From: Trueperaceae bacterium | Lineage (GTDB): Bacteria > Deinococcota > Deinococci > Deinococcales > Trueperaceae | Direction of reading: 5' to 3' | DNA: 64,000 nucleotides | Assembly (NCBI GenBank): GCA_034520945.1 | Contig: JAXHNB010000006.1 | Span: forward strand, 672,001-736,000 | Shown: positions 1-11,291 of the stretch, in pieces | Numbering within the stretch: the stretch's first letter is position 1 | Layout: each line of letters starts with the position of its first letter | Made by a program: the position numbers and the translations under genes | Notes under the pieces: generated by a model | Told to the model about the DNA's origin: nothing | What the model saw: only the letters and a program-made list of their open reading frames with translations | The model's database searches: none

Positions 1-49
1 CGGGCGCCGGCCGACGCGACCGCCCCCAGGACGAAGGGATTCGCGCTTC

Positions 50-376
50 TTGGACATCTTCGATTTCCGCGAGCACCTGATCGGCGATTACGCCGATTAC
101 GTGCGGTCGTTCATCCACATTCGCGACGCGCGCATCCGAGACCAGGTCGAGGGCGCTTTGAAGGACGGACGCCTGTGGCCGCAGCCGCTGCTGCAGCTCA
201 ACCCGTCGTTCGAGCCGGGTGGGTCGCTGGATGCCTTGGTGCGCGAGGGCGTCCTGCACTCGCGGACGCCGGAGGTGTTCCGCGTGGGCAAGTCGGTGGT
301 GGATCCGCGGGGCCGACCGCTCCCGGCGCACCGGCAGCTTCGCGCAACAGACACGGAGGCTGAGCAACTTGTTTGA
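50..376 (+). pseudogene. Truncated N-terminus of a large DEAD/DEAH-box helicase (DUF1998/DISARM-associated type)
   Basis: MDIFDFREHLIGDYADYVRSFIHIRD...LWPQPLLQLNPSFEPGG is the typical N-terminus of this family. Similarity collapses near the expected Q-motif (~330) and the ORF stops at 108 aa. Confidence 0.75.
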
Positions 377-383
377 CAAGTTG
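365..383. promoter_or_regulatory. Palindromic FadR/GntR-type operator overlapping a TTGACA -35 element
   Basis: Perfect inverted repeat CAACTTGT-TTG-ACAAGTTG with TTGACA at 373-378, directly upstream of a FadR gene. Confidence 0.7.
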
Positions 384-417
384 TAAGGTCGTTTCATCGA
401 AGGCAGGAGGCAATGGC

Positions 418-1212
418 ATGGTCGAGATCGGCGTAGAGCACGCGATGCTGACCAAAGGCCGCAAGCCGGGTCCGTCGTCTGGTAGCAAGTCGCAGTGCAT
501 CGCGCAGGCGCTAGCGTCCGCCATCGTCGCGGGGAATCTGTCCGATGGCGCGTTTCTTCCTCCTGAGAACGAGCTCGCGGCGCGGTTCGAAGTGAGCAGG
601 CCGATCGTGAGGGAGGCGCTTCACAAGGTCGCTGGCGCAGGCTTGGTGGAGTCCCGGCACGGCATCGGCACGTACGTGAAGCCCGAGTCGTCGTGGGGTC
701 TATTCGACTCGCTGGTGATGGAAGCCTACGTCGCGACTGGGAACCTGCCGCGCGTACTGAACGAGATCATCGAGCTCAGGCGTATGGTCGAAGTCGAAGC
801 GGCCGGGAACGCGGCTGCAAGGATAGGCCAAGTGGGGCTCGCGCGGCTCGGCGACTGGCTCGAGCAAATGGACGACGTCATCGCGGATCCCGATCGGACG
901 GCCCGAGCCGACATCGCATTCCATGATGCGATCGTGGCCGTCACCGAGAACCGGTTTCTCGTGGCGATCGCGCGTCAGCCCAGGCGACTCCTGCTCGAGG
1001 CGCGTCATCTCACCTCCACGGCCGGTGGGCTGAGCGGCCGAAGGCGGGCGTTGGACGAGCATAGGCGCGTGTATGACGCAATCCGTGAGGGGAACGGCGA
1101 GGAGGCCCGGGAGGCCATGAGCGTTCACGTGAGCAACTCGGAGGCTGATCTCCGGCGTGCGATTCTCCGTGAAGGCGGCGACCACGCTTCGGGCCGAGGG
1201 GACGATCGCTAG
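418..1212 (+). CDS. FadR/GntR family transcriptional regulator (wHTH + FCD)
   Basis: LPPENELAARFEVSRPIVREAL wHTH and DIAFHDAI FCD motif. AGGAGG precedes ATG 418. Confidence 0.93.
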   Translation: MVEIGVEHAMLTKGRKPGPSSGSKSQCIAQALASAIVAGNLSDGAFLPPENELAARFEVSRPIVREALHKVAGAGLVESRHGIGTYVKPESSWGLFDSLVMEAYVATGNLPRVLNEIIELRRMVEVEAAGNAAARIGQVGLARLGDWLEQMDDVIADPDRTARADIAFHDAIVAVTENRFLVAIARQPRRLLLEARHLTSTAGGLSGRRRALDEHRRVYDAIREGNGEEAREAMSVHVSNSEADLRRAILREGGDHASGRGDDR

Positions 1213-2390
1213 TGCGTATTGCGGCCGTCAATACTTGGTTCGTCGAAGGCATCAAGTACAACTGGTGTTTCATCAAGGTTGAGACCGAGAACGGACTGTA
1301 CGGGTACGGCGAGGCGACCAACTGGCCGGGCTCCCCGCTGGTGGAGGCGGCGTGTCGGCACGTCGGAGAGCGGATCGTGGGTCTGGACGCACGCCGAATC
1401 GACTTCATGTGGACGAAGCTGTACAAGGACATGAACTGGCTGGGTCAGGCGGGTCCCGTTGCTGAGTGCCATGAGCGCCGTGGACATGGCGCTTATGGGA
1501 CATACAGGGCAAGGCATTGGGCGCTGCCCGTGTACCAGCTCCTTGGCGGCGCCTATCGGGAACGGATCGAACTGTACGCCAACTACTGGTTCACCGGTGC
1601 GGAACATACTGCGTCCGACTACGCCCGTGATGCGAAGCGGGCCGTCGACGCTGGCTTCGACGCCCTCAAGTTCGACCCCTTCTCGCATGTCGACTACCTT
1701 TACGGTGAGCACTTGGCGCCTGCGCTTGGACTCAGTTCTGCAGCAGAAGGAGCGGGCGATCGACGTTGACGCGGGCCGTTCAGGATGCGCGGTCGGTCGC
1801 ACGTCCCATTGGCTCTCGAAACGCATGCCATGCTGAACGGCGCGACCGCGGTCGAGATGGCGAGACCGGATCGCGCAGGCGGGGATCAATTGCATGTGGT
1901 ACGAGGAGCCGTGCCCGCCGGAAGTACCAGACGCGATCGCGGACGTGCGCCGCCAGGATTTCGCGTTGCCTGTCGCGGTGGGCGAGCGCCTGCCACAGCC
2001 GGTACATGTTTCGGCCCGTGCTCGAGAAGCAAGCGGCGGACGTGCTCGATGCCCGATATCACCCGCTGTGGCGGCGTGAGCGAGATGCGCAAGATCGCCA
2101 ACGCTGGCGGAGACCTTCAACCTGCCCATCGCGCCACACAACCCGAACGGTCCTTTGTCGACCATCGCCTCGGCGCATGTGATGGCGTGCGATTCCGAAC
2201 TTCATGCGGCTGGAATTCATGTTCGACGACGTGCCATGGCGTGACGAGGTTCTCGATGCCTGAAGGGATGCCCATCGATCGCGGGAGTGTTCGTGCTCCC
2301 CGACCGTCCCGGACTGGGGTTTTCGACTCGACGAGGGCGTCCTCGAGGCGCCATCCGGGCATCGTCGACCAGGAGGGCTACTACGTATGA
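1212..2390 (+). pseudogene. Mandelate racemase/galactonate dehydratase-like enolase superfamily enzyme, multiply frameshifted
   Basis: NWCFIKVETENGLYGYGEA, KFDPF, WYEEP, AVGER, PDITRCGGVSE and APHNPNGP motifs are spread across all three frames. Confidence 0.85.
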
Positions 2391-2407
2391 TGGGTGGAAC
2401 GGGCATA

Positions 2408-3387
2408 TGACGGTCGTGATCACGAAGAAGATGCCGGAGGCTCTCGTTGCCCAGGAGCTTCCCGGTGTCGACGTCGTCCAGGGTCCAGATGGGCGTGCGT
2501 GGTCGCGAGAGCAAGTGATCCCGTACCTGGCCAGCGCTGAAGCCCTGATCACCTGGGGCTTCTTGAAGGTCGACGACGACGCTCCTGTCGCACGCCCCGA
2601 ACTTGAAGGTCGTTGCCAACGCTGCAGCGGGCGTGAACAACCTGGACGTCTGACGCAGCTCGACCCGCCACGGGGTGTGGGCCACGAACGTGCCCGACGC
2701 GTTCGCGGTGCCGACCGCCGAGGTCGCGATCGGTCTTGATGGTCTCCCTCATGAGACGCATCAGCGAGGGAGAACGGTACCTGCGTGCCGGCGAATGGAA
2801 GGAGATCGGAGCCCGGTCGCTTCGACGGCGTCTCGCTCGCGGGGAAGCGGCTTGGCCTGGTGGGCTTCGGTCGTATTGGCACGAGAGGTGGCACGCCGGG
2901 CGACGCGCGTTCGGCATGGACGTGATGCTACACGAGGCGCGGAGGCGTCGAGACGGCGAAGCTGCTCGAAGATGGGAACGCGACGTATCGCTCTCTCGAC
3001 GAGCTCCTCGAGGCAGCGGACGTCGTCTCGCTCCATACGCCACTCACGGAGGAGACGCGCCACCTGATCGATGTCTGCCATGCTCGCGAAGATGAAGCCG
3101 ACCGCGTTCTTGGTGAACACGGCTCGTGGCAACGTGGTCGATCAGGATGCCCTGATCGACGCGCTCGCCAGCGGTCGCCTTGCCGGTGCTGGCCTGGATG
3201 TGTTTGCCGACGAGCCCGCGTTCCCGAGCGTCTACTCGCACTCGACGACGTCGTCGTGACGCCACATTTGGGCGGTGCATCCGTCGAGTCCCGGTGGGAG
3301 GCGTACCGGCAGGCGCTCGAAAACGTCCGGCTCGTGTTCGAGGGGCGAGAACCACGCTCGCCCGTCAACCGGGGAATGTTCCTCTAG
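2408..3387 (+). pseudogene. D-isomer-specific 2-hydroxyacid dehydrogenase, frameshifted
   Basis: [39 protein letters not shown] and TPHLGG motifs in different frames. Confidence 0.85.
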
Positions 3388-3463
3388 AAGGGGGGTGATA
3401 GGTAGCGAGGGTAGGTCCACAGAAGCGACACCGCAATGACCTCGACGAAAGGTGGTCGATAAC

Positions 3464-4438
3464 ATGAAGAAGGGATTGACGAGTCTTCTCCTGCTGGTGC
3501 TGGTGGCCGGCTTCACATCTTCGGCTTTGGCCCAGGAGTTTCCGGACAGCAGCATCACCGTCATCGCGCCGGCAGCCGCAGGTGGCGGCACTGACCTGAC
3601 CGCTCGGAACCTTGGCCGTGAGGCCGAGCCGTTCCTGGGCGTTTCGGTCAGCGTACGCAACATGCCCGGTGGCGGAAACGCGATCGGAATCACGGCTGGG
3701 AACCAGGCGGACCCTGACGGGTACACCCTCGTGCTCGGTCAGGTCGAGACGGTCCTTGCTGCCCATGACAGGGCGCGTTCCTTGGGAAGCGGAAGACTTC
3801 ACGCCCATTATCGGGCGTGAACAAGGCTTCCTCGGCGCTGACCGTGCAGGGCGGATTCTCCCTGGGAGAGCTGCTGCAGGAGTTCCTGCAGTACGCCAAG
3901 TGAGAACCCCGGCGTCCAGGTGGGTGGCTCGGCCCCCGGCACGATCTGGCACCTTGCAGCCGTGGGACTGGACCAAGTCGCGGACGCCGGGCTTCAACGT
4001 CATTCCCGTACTCGGGTGGCGCTGCGCCGGCGATTCAGGACCTGCTCGGTGGTCAGCTCGAAGCCGTGACCGTCAGCGGCGGTGAGGTTTCCGATCAGGT
4101 CGAGGCGGGCAACCTCCGGATCCTCTGCATCATGAGCGACGGAGCGCGACACGACGCGGTTCCCCGACGTGCCGACGTGCGCGGAAGAAGGCTATGACGC
4201 CAACTACGCGACCTGGTGGGCACTTCTGGCACCGCCCGACACGCCCGAAGCGATTCAGATCCACCTTGCACGATGCGTTCAGGCAGGCTTGGGAAAGCGA
4301 CAGCGTTCCAAGAGCTTCATGGCGAGCCAAGGGCTCGAGCCGAACTACGTCGGCCCGGACGAATGGCAGGAGTTCGTCCAGATGGAATCCGAGAAGTTCC
4401 GTCCGGTTCTCGAAGAACTGGATCTCGCGGCCGACTGA
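3464..4438 (+). pseudogene. tctC: Tripartite tricarboxylate transporter substrate-binding protein (TctC/Bug), frameshifted
   Basis: Signal peptide, AAGGGTDLTAR, NMPGGGNAIG, DPDGYTL, and C-terminal VPTCAEEGYD...WWALLAPPDTP in another frame. Confidence 0.85.
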
Positions 4439-4452
4439 GGCCAAGGAGCGCC

Positions 4453-4482
4453 AGGTTCCTCTCCCGCGCGGGGAGGGAACCT
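4453..4482 (+). terminator. Stem-loop between tctC and tctB
   Basis: AGGTTCCTCTCCCGCGCGGGAGGGAACCT inverted repeat, no U-tract. Confidence 0.45.
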
Positions 4483-4486
4483 AGGC

Positions 4487-4960
4487 ATGCCGCTTCGCGC
4501 AATCATGGTCGACATTGTCTCCGGCTTGTTGTTCGCGCTCTTCTCGGGCGCAGTCTTCGCGTTGTCGCTCGCGCTGCCCGAAGGGGCCTCGGGCATTGCT
4601 GGCCCAGGCTTTCTTCCGAGAGTGCTCGGGACGTTCGGCGTGGTCTTGGGGCTCATGTTGTGCGTGCGTGGCGCGTATGCGATCAGGGGCGGTTCGAGTT
4701 CCAAGGGACCGCGTACGAGGGGGTGGGAGTACTACCTTCGCTTGCTCGCGCTCGTGGTGGTGGCCAGTGCATATGTATTTACGCTCGAGCCTTACGGGTT
4801 TCTGTTGACTTCAGCCGGGTTCCTGTTCATGACGCTACTCATCCTCGGTGAACGCAGAATCGCCATGCTGGTCGTGATACCCGTGGGGTTCACCGCAGGG
4901 GTGTATTTCCTGTTCAGCGAGCTTCTCGGGCTCCGCCTTCCCAGTGGGCCGCTGCTCTGA
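4487..4960 (+). CDS. tctB: TctB family small membrane subunit
   Basis: Four TM helices, GPGFLPR, and C-terminal LFSELLGLRLPSG. Confidence 0.9.
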   Translation: MPLRAIMVDIVSGLLFALFSGAVFALSLALPEGASGIAGPGFLPRVLGTFGVVLGLMLCVRGAYAIRGGSSSKGPRTRGWEYYLRLLALVVVASAYVFTLEPYGFLLTSAGFLFMTLLILGERRIAMLVVIPVGFTAGVYFLFSELLGLRLPSGPLL

Positions 4961-4972
4961 AGGGCTGGTGAC

Positions 4973-6478
4973 ATGGATCTTCTGGCCAACCTGGGTGGAG
5001 GATTCGCTGCGATCCTGAACCTGCATACGATGCTTCTGATGCTCTTCGGCGTGACTGCGGGGCTCCTTGTGGGTGCGCTGCCCGGCCTGACGGTGACGAT
5101 GTCCGTGGCGATCCTCGTGCCGCTCACCTTCGACTTCGAACCCATCAGGGCGTTGTCGATGCTTCTATCGGTGTATGTAGGTGCGGTCACCGGCGGCGCC
5201 GTCAGTGCCATTCTCGTCAACACGCCAGGTACACCGGCGTCGGTAGCGACGACCTTCGATGGCTATCCCATGGCCCAACAAGGCAAGGCAGCACGAGCCC
5301 TGGGCGTCGCCCTCATGGTCAGCATCTTTGGTTCCTTGCTCAGCATCGTGGTACTCATTACTCTCTCTCCCACGATCGCAAGGGCCGCCCTGCGGTTCAG
5401 TGCTCCGGAGTACTTTGCGATCGCGTTCTTCGGGCTGACCATGGTCGTTGGCATTGCGGGCAGTGATTTGATCAAGGGCGTGATGTCGGCAATTTTGGGA
5501 TTGTACGTGGGTTTTATCGGCCTCGACCCCATGATGGGAATGCCACGCTTCACGTTCGGAAACGTGAATCTGCTGGGTGGCTTCTCATTCGTTCCGGTCC
5601 TCATCGGGCTGTTCGCGATCTCTGAAGCCCTTTTGCAGTCGACGAAGTTGCACGAGAAGGCCGAACTCACCAAGGTAAGTGGACGGATCCTCCCGCCGTT
5701 GCGCGATTTCGTGCGTCATAGGTGGCTGATCCTGAAATCGGCCGCCATTGGCACCTCCGTTGGTGCACTGCCGGGCGCAGGAGCCGATATCGCGTCGTTG
5801 GTCTCGTACAACGAAGCGAAGCGAAGCAGCCGCCATCCGGAGCGCTTCGGGAAGGGCGCGGAGGAAGGCGTCGTCGCGTCCGAGACCGCCAACAACGCGA
5901 TCGTTGGGGCTGCACTGATTCCTCTCCTCACGCTCGCGATTCCTGGCGATGCCGTCACCGCCGTGTTGTTGGGCGCCATGCGGATGCACGAACTTCGTCC
6001 AGGACCGTTGCTGTTCCAGCACAACGAACAGGAGGTGTTCGCGATGTATGCGGCCCTCTTGATGTCCGTTCTTCTCTTGCGTGTCGTTGGCACGATCATT
6101 CTCCCGCTCTTCGCGCACGTGATGAACGTCCCACGGCGCTACCTGGTTAGCGGCATCCTCTTGTTCAGCTTCGTGGGTTCGTACGCGATCGGCACCAGCG
6201 TATTCGACATGGCGACCGCGTTGGGATTCGGCGTCCTCGGGTTCATCATGCTTCGCTTCGGGTTTCCCGTAGCACCGATGGTGCTCGCCTTGATCCTCGG
6301 GCCGCTTGCTGAGGATCGTCTGCGACAGGCATTGGTCATGTCGCAGGGAGATTGGAGCATCTTTGTCACTCGGCCGATTTCGGCCATCGTTCTGGCCGTT
6401 GCGTTCGCGTCGCTGTTCTTCGCGTATCGCCAGCAGCGGCAGATCACGCGGCTCACCAACCCCTCCGACGAATCGTAG
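4973..6478 (+). CDS. tctA: TctA family large permease
   Basis: GALPGL, NTPGTPASVATTFDGYPMAQQG, ETANNA and LTLAIPGD motifs. Confidence 0.96.
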   Translation: MDLLANLGGGFAAILNLHTMLLMLFGVTAGLLVGALPGLTVTMSVAILVPLTFDFEPIRALSMLLSVYVGAVTGGAVSAILVNTPGTPASVATTFDGYPMAQQGKAARALGVALMVSIFGSLLSIVVLITLSPTIARAALRFSAPEYFAIAFFGLTMVVGIAGSDLIKGVMSAILGLYVGFIGLDPMMGMPRFTFGNVNLLGGFSFVPVLIGLFAISEALLQSTKLHEKAELTKVSGRILPPLRDFVRHRWLILKSAAIGTSVGALPGAGADIASLVSYNEAKRSSRHPERFGKGAEEGVVASETANNAIVGAALIPLLTLAIPGDAVTAVLLGAMRMHELRPGPLLFQHNEQEVFAMYAALLMSVLLLRVVGTIILPLFAHVMNVPRRYLVSGILLFSFVGSYAIGTSVFDMATALGFGVLGFIMLRFGFPVAPMVLALILGPLAEDRLRQALVMSQGDWSIFVTRPISAIVLAVAFASLFFAYRQQRQITRLTNPSDES

Positions 6479-6496
6479 GAAGTGAGGAAAACGAGG

Positions 6497-7413
6497 ATGG
6501 CGACCGTACATTGGCAAGGTGTCTTCGCGGTTCTGGTGACTCCGTTCCACGAAGACCTGAGTATCGACTTCGACGGGTTGACCCAACAGGTGGACTTCTG
6601 TGTGGCATGCGGCGTTCAAGGGGATCGTCACGCCCGTGGTGGCGAGCGAATTCTTCAAGCTGTCCGACGCTGAACGCGTTCGGATCATCGACGTGGTGGC
6701 CACACGCCTCGACGGTGGCATCCCCCTGGTGGCCGGCGTGGCAGGCACCAGCGCTCCGCACGCCTCTGCGCTCGCGAAGGAGGCCGAGGGACGTAGGGGC
6801 GGACGCGCTCATCGCGATGCCCCCGTATGTGGGCGGCACGAACAGGGCGCAGATCTTCGACTATTACGAAGCGATCGCCCGTGCCGCGCGCCTGCCGCTC
6901 ATGATTCAGAACGCTGGGCCACCCGTTGGTACGCCGCTCGCCGTCGAAGACCTGATCGAACTGGTCGAGCGCGTGCCCGAAATCGTGGCGATCGAACAGG
7001 AAACCTCGCCGAACCCGCAGACGGTCGGCAGAATCGTGGAAGCGGGAGACGGCCGGCTCGAAGGGGTGTTCGGTGGGCTCGGTGGCATCTATCTGTTCAA
7101 CGAGTTGCGTCGCGGAGCCACTGGAACCATGCCCGCCTGCCAGTTCGCCGATGTCGCCGTCCAGGTCTTCGATCTGTACCACGAGGGCGACGAGGATCGT
7201 GCTCGGGAGGTGTACGCCGACCTACAGCCTGCCCTCGTGATGGAGCGCTTGTACGAAATGACGTTCATGAAGGAGTGCCTGAAGCGCCGGGGCGTCATCG
7301 ACACGGCCGTGACGCGGGTGCCGGAAACTCCGATGGACGCGGCAGATCACGCCGAGCTGGATCGGATATGGAACGCGCTGGGAACCCACTTCACGTGGCA
7401 CGCGGGCAAGTGA
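6497..7413 (+). pseudogene. Dihydrodipicolinate synthase-family aldolase/dehydratase, frameshifted
   Basis: GVFAVLVTPFHEDLSIDFDGL, ASEFFKLSDAER and GADALIAMPPY. Frameshifts near 6620 and 6790. Confidence 0.85.
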
Positions 7414-7441
7414 AGGTATGGACCGCATGAGAGGCACCGCA

Positions 7442-8434
7442 ATGGAGCATTTCATCGTCGTGGACTCCGGGACCAGCACCACCCGTGCCCGTCTCTACAC
7501 CGGGGGGCGGGTCACGAGAACCGAGACCGAACCCGTTGGGGCCCGCAATACCGCAACGGAGGGCAGCAATGCCGCACTCAAGGCAGGGCTGGCCACGCTA
7601 CTCTCGCGACTGCAGGCGTCGGAAGAGGCACGCGGGACGGACGTGGAGGCGGTCATATGCTCAGGAATGATCACCTCGAACATGGGGCTGCTGGAGGTTC
7701 CCCACCTGACGGCGCCCGCGAGCGTGGACGCGCTCGCGGAGGGTGTCGTTCGGCAGGATTTCCCGGACGTGACGCCACTCCCCGTTCACTTCGTACGTGG
7801 CGTGAAGACGGTGGCGGATCGTCTCGACGCGTGCGACGTGTTGCGGGGTGAGGAAGTCGAATGCCTTGGCCTACGTGAACTCTTGGCGTTGTCGGGTCCG
7901 GCGGTGTTCATGCACCACGGTTCGCACTCGAAGTCGATCCAGACCGATGCCGAGGGCACGATCCTGCAGTCGCGCACGGCCATCACAGGAGAGCTCCTGG
8001 CCGCCATCGTTCAACACACGATCTTGGCGAACAGCGTCGTAGGGTTCGAAGCGCTCGAGCTCGATCAAGCACAATGGCGGGAAGGCCTAGAGACAGCTCG
8101 CGAGAGTGGCGTGGGGCGCGCGCTTTTCCTCGTGAGGGTCGGCGAGCAGATTGCGGGCCGGACGAAGATGGCCATGACGAGCTTTCTCCTCGGGGTGCTC
8201 GCGAGCATGGATCTTCCGCTCCTCGACGAGGGTTTGCAAACGGATGCGACCCTCGTGCTCTACGGACGTGGCGTTCAGAAGGTCGCGCTTGGAAGGTACT
8301 TGGAAGAGCAAGCACCCGGCCGTGTCATCGTGACGGACGACGAGCGCGCCGAGTTGTCCGCTGTCGTGGGTGCCGTGAGAATCTACGAGCGGCACCTGGA
8401 ACTCACGGCAGGGAGAAACGGAGGGACGTCTTGA
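7442..8434 (+). CDS. dgoK: 2-keto-3-deoxy-galactonokinase
   Basis: VDSGTSTTR, SGMITSNMGLLEVPH, DVLRGEE, GSHSK and TGELL. Confidence 0.9.
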   Translation: MEHFIVVDSGTSTTRARLYTGGRVTRTETEPVGARNTATEGSNAALKAGLATLLSRLQASEEARGTDVEAVICSGMITSNMGLLEVPHLTAPASVDALAEGVVRQDFPDVTPLPVHFVRGVKTVADRLDACDVLRGEEVECLGLRELLALSGPAVFMHHGSHSKSIQTDAEGTILQSRTAITGELLAAIVQHTILANSVVGFEALELDQAQWREGLETARESGVGRALFLVRVGEQIAGRTKMAMTSFLLGVLASMDLPLLDEGLQTDATLVLYGRGVQKVALGRYLEEQAPGRVIVTDDERAELSAVVGAVRIYERHLELTAGRNGGTS

Positions 8435-9102
8435 GTGGACTCCAGTCTCCAGCGGCTGATTCGCGGGTTTCGGAGCGGATTCGTGAGGAGCGGATCATTG
8501 CGATTCTCCGGGGGGTGCCCATCGAACACTTGGCGACCCTGGGCCAAGCGCTGTGGCGCGGTGGGTTTCGCGTGGCCGAAATTACCTTCACGGACGACGA
8601 CGCCGAAGACAAGATCGCGTTGCTCGGTAAGAGCCTCGGCAACGACGCGCTGGTCGGGGCTGGAACCGTCACGAACGCCGAGACGGCCCGGCGCGCCGTC
8701 GAAGCTGGCGCTCGCTTCCTCGTCACGCCGCACGTGGTGGACGAAGTGAGCGCCTTCGGCCGCGACAACGGCGTCCACGTGATCAGTGGCGCACTCACGC
8801 CTGGCGAGATTGCGCTGGCACGGTCGCAAGGGAACGCCCTCGTCAAGGTGTTTCCCGCCAAGATGGTCGGGCCGGATTACATCAGGGCGCTGCGTGGACC
8901 GTATCCGGATGCTGAGTTGGTTGCAGTGGGCGGCATCGAGGAAGGCGATGTCCGACCGTTCTTGCACGCCGGGGCGGTCGCGGTCGGAATCGGCGGGACG
9001 CTCACGAGGCTGGATTGGGATGCGCCCGATTTCGATCACGTTCATGCGCTGGCAACGCGATTGGTTTCCCTCGTGGCTGCCAGCAGGGTGGAGTCAACAT
9101 GA
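8431..9102 (+). CDS. dgoA: KDPG/2-dehydro-3-deoxy-6-phosphogalactonate aldolase
   Basis: IAILRG, GAGTV, GALTPGEI, VKVFPA and VGGI. TTG start overlaps the dgoK stop. Confidence 0.88.
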   Translation: MSGLQSPAADSRVSERIREERIIAILRGVPIEHLATLGQALWRGGFRVAEITFTDDDAEDKIALLGKSLGNDALVGAGTVTNAETARRAVEAGARFLVTPHVVDEVSAFGRDNGVHVISGALTPGEIALARSQGNALVKVFPAKMVGPDYIRALRGPYPDAELVAVGGIEEGDVRPFLHAGAVAVGIGGTLTRLDWDAPDFDHVHALATRLVSLVAASRVEST

Positions 9103-10247
9103 AAATCGTCGAGCTGGAACTGTTCAAGGTGCCACCGCGTTGGCTGTTCGTGAAGCTCACGACCGATGAGGGCGTGACAGGCTGGGGCGAGCCAGTGGTC
9201 GAAGGGCGGGCCGATACGGTACGCACCGCCGTTCTGGAACTCGAAGAGATGTTGATCGGAAGCGATCCGTTTCGGATCGAGGACTTCTTCCAGATGGCGT
9301 ACCGCGGCGGCTTCTACCGCGGCGGCCCGGTCCTCACGAGCGCGATCTCGGGTATAGAGCAGGCCCTGTGGGACATCAAGGGCAAGGCGCTCGGCGTTCC
9401 CGTGTACGAGTTGCTAGGCGGGGCCGCTCGTGACCGTATCCAGGTGTACACGTGGATCGGCGGAGACCGTCCCCAGGACATCCGGGCGGCCGCGCGGGCG
9501 CAAATGGACCTCGGCCTCACCGCCGTCAAGATGAACGCTACGGAGGAAATGCACTACATCGACACGTACGACAAGGTAGACGCCGTACTGGAACGCGTCG
9601 CCACCGTACGAGAGGCGGGAGACCCTGCACCGAGCGTCGGGCTCGACTTTCACGGGCGCGTGCACCGTGCAATGGCCAAGATCCTCGCCAAGGAACTCGA
9701 GCCGCTGCGTCCGATGTTCATCGAAGAACCCGTGTTGCCAGGACACACGGAGGCGCTTCGCGAAGTCGCGGCTCGCACTACGATCCCAATCGCCTTGGGG
9801 GAACGACTCTTCACGCGATGGGATTTCAAGGATGTCTTGCTCGGCGGCGCCGTAGACCTGCTACAACCCGATCTGTCTCATGCAGGCGGAATTCTCGAGG
9901 TCCGAAAGATCGCGGCGATGGCCGAAGCTTTCGATGTGGCCGTGGCGCCGCACTGTCCATTGGGGCCGATCGCCCTTGCAGCCTCACTGCAGTTGGATGC
10001 CTGTACCCCCAACGCGCTCATTCAAGAATCCAGCCTCGGCATCCACTACAACCTAGGGGCCGATATCCAGGACTACCTGACAGACGCAAGCGTGTTCCAA
10101 ATCGAGGACGGGCATCTGAACATTCCTCAAAGGCCTGGGCTCGGCATCGATATCGACGAAGACGTCGTACGCGAGAAGGCCAAGGAGGGGCACGCTTGGA
10201 AGAATCCCCTCTGGCGACACGGCGACGGTTCGGTGGCGGAGTGGTAG
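9099..10247 (+). CDS. dgoD: D-galactonate dehydratase
   Basis: MKIVELELFKVPPRWLFVK, FYRGGPVL, DFHGRVH, APHCPLGPI, and C-terminal WRHGDGSVAEW. Confidence 0.96.
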   Translation: MKIVELELFKVPPRWLFVKLTTDEGVTGWGEPVVEGRADTVRTAVLELEEMLIGSDPFRIEDFFQMAYRGGFYRGGPVLTSAISGIEQALWDIKGKALGVPVYELLGGAARDRIQVYTWIGGDRPQDIRAAARAQMDLGLTAVKMNATEEMHYIDTYDKVDAVLERVATVREAGDPAPSVGLDFHGRVHRAMAKILAKELEPLRPMFIEEPVLPGHTEALREVAARTTIPIALGERLFTRWDFKDVLLGGAVDLLQPDLSHAGGILEVRKIAAMAEAFDVAVAPHCPLGPIALAASLQLDACTPNALIQESSLGIHYNLGADIQDYLTDASVFQIEDGHLNIPQRPGLGIDIDEDVVREKAKEGHAWKNPLWRHGDGSVAEW

Positions 10248-10338
10248 ATCGACCCACCGTCCTTGGTGCGAGGTCAACGAGAATATGTCGTCGCGGAGAC
10301 GGTTGCTCGAACGGTCAGCCCTTCGTCGGGGATCTTGC

Positions 10339-11291
10339 TCAGTAGCCGCGATCCCGCTCGATCACGTTCTCGAGGGGCTCGCCGGCCTGCAATCGCGCCA
10401 GGTTGTAGAGAACGAGATCCTGTGCACCAAGAGGGCGGCCTCCCGAGGCATGCGGCGTGATGATGACGTTCTCCAGCTGCCACAATGGCGACGTCGGGGG
10501 CAGAGGTTCCTCCTCGAACACGTCGAGCGCGGCACCCGCGAGGTCGCCATCGCCGAGTGCCGAAACGAGCGCATCCCCGTCGAGGGTAGAGCCACGTCCG
10601 ACGTTCACGAGCCACGCATGCTTGGGCAAGCAGGCAAGTTGGCGGGCGCCCACGAGCCGATAGTTGTGGGGCGTATTCGGGAGGATCATCAAGAGAAGAT
10701 CGGTCCTCTCTAGAAGGGACGCGGCTGCGTCGCCAGCCGACACGGGTACGCCGGCCCGCGTACCTCCGTACGTAGCTATCCCCTCTACGTGCGCACCCAA
10801 CGCCTGCAAGATCGGGGTGAGTGTCTTCGCGATACTGCCGAAACCCCAGATCGTGACCCGTGCGTCCAGTAGACTTCGGAACGTTCGGCCCGGGGCGTGC
10901 TCCTGTATCCACCAAGGTCGAAGCGCCATTCATGCCGGCCCTGCGCATCGCGCAGGACGTGAAGGCGACGCGCACTCGCCAAGATCAGGGCAAGGGCGTG
11001 CTCCGCTGCCGGCCGGTCGTGCAAGCCCCGCCCCGAGGCAAGGATCACGTCGTCTGGAAATGATGCGGACAGGACCTCGTCGGCGCCGGCGGCCAAGCCC
11101 TGCACCCATTGCAGGTTCGGCAACACTTCGGCGACGTGCGAGCGTTGCCATGGTGGATTGGCCCACAGCACGATCGCTTCCGCGCCTCGAAGGTGCGCAG
11201 GGATCTCTTGCTTCGGGTCGTAGATCTCGACGTCTACACCGTCGAAACGGTCGAGATCCCATGAAAGCGAGGATGGCAGGAGGATTCTCAC
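10339..11291 (-). pseudogene. D-2-hydroxyacid dehydrogenase, one frameshift near 10925
   Basis: N-half GRGLHDRPAAEH. C-half IWGFGSIA, VNVGRG, LDVFEEEPLP and TPH. Confidence 0.85.

Noticed and set aside
50..376. Intact DISARM-like defence system
   Set aside because: Only a 108-aa stump is present, and no partner genes lie inside the window.
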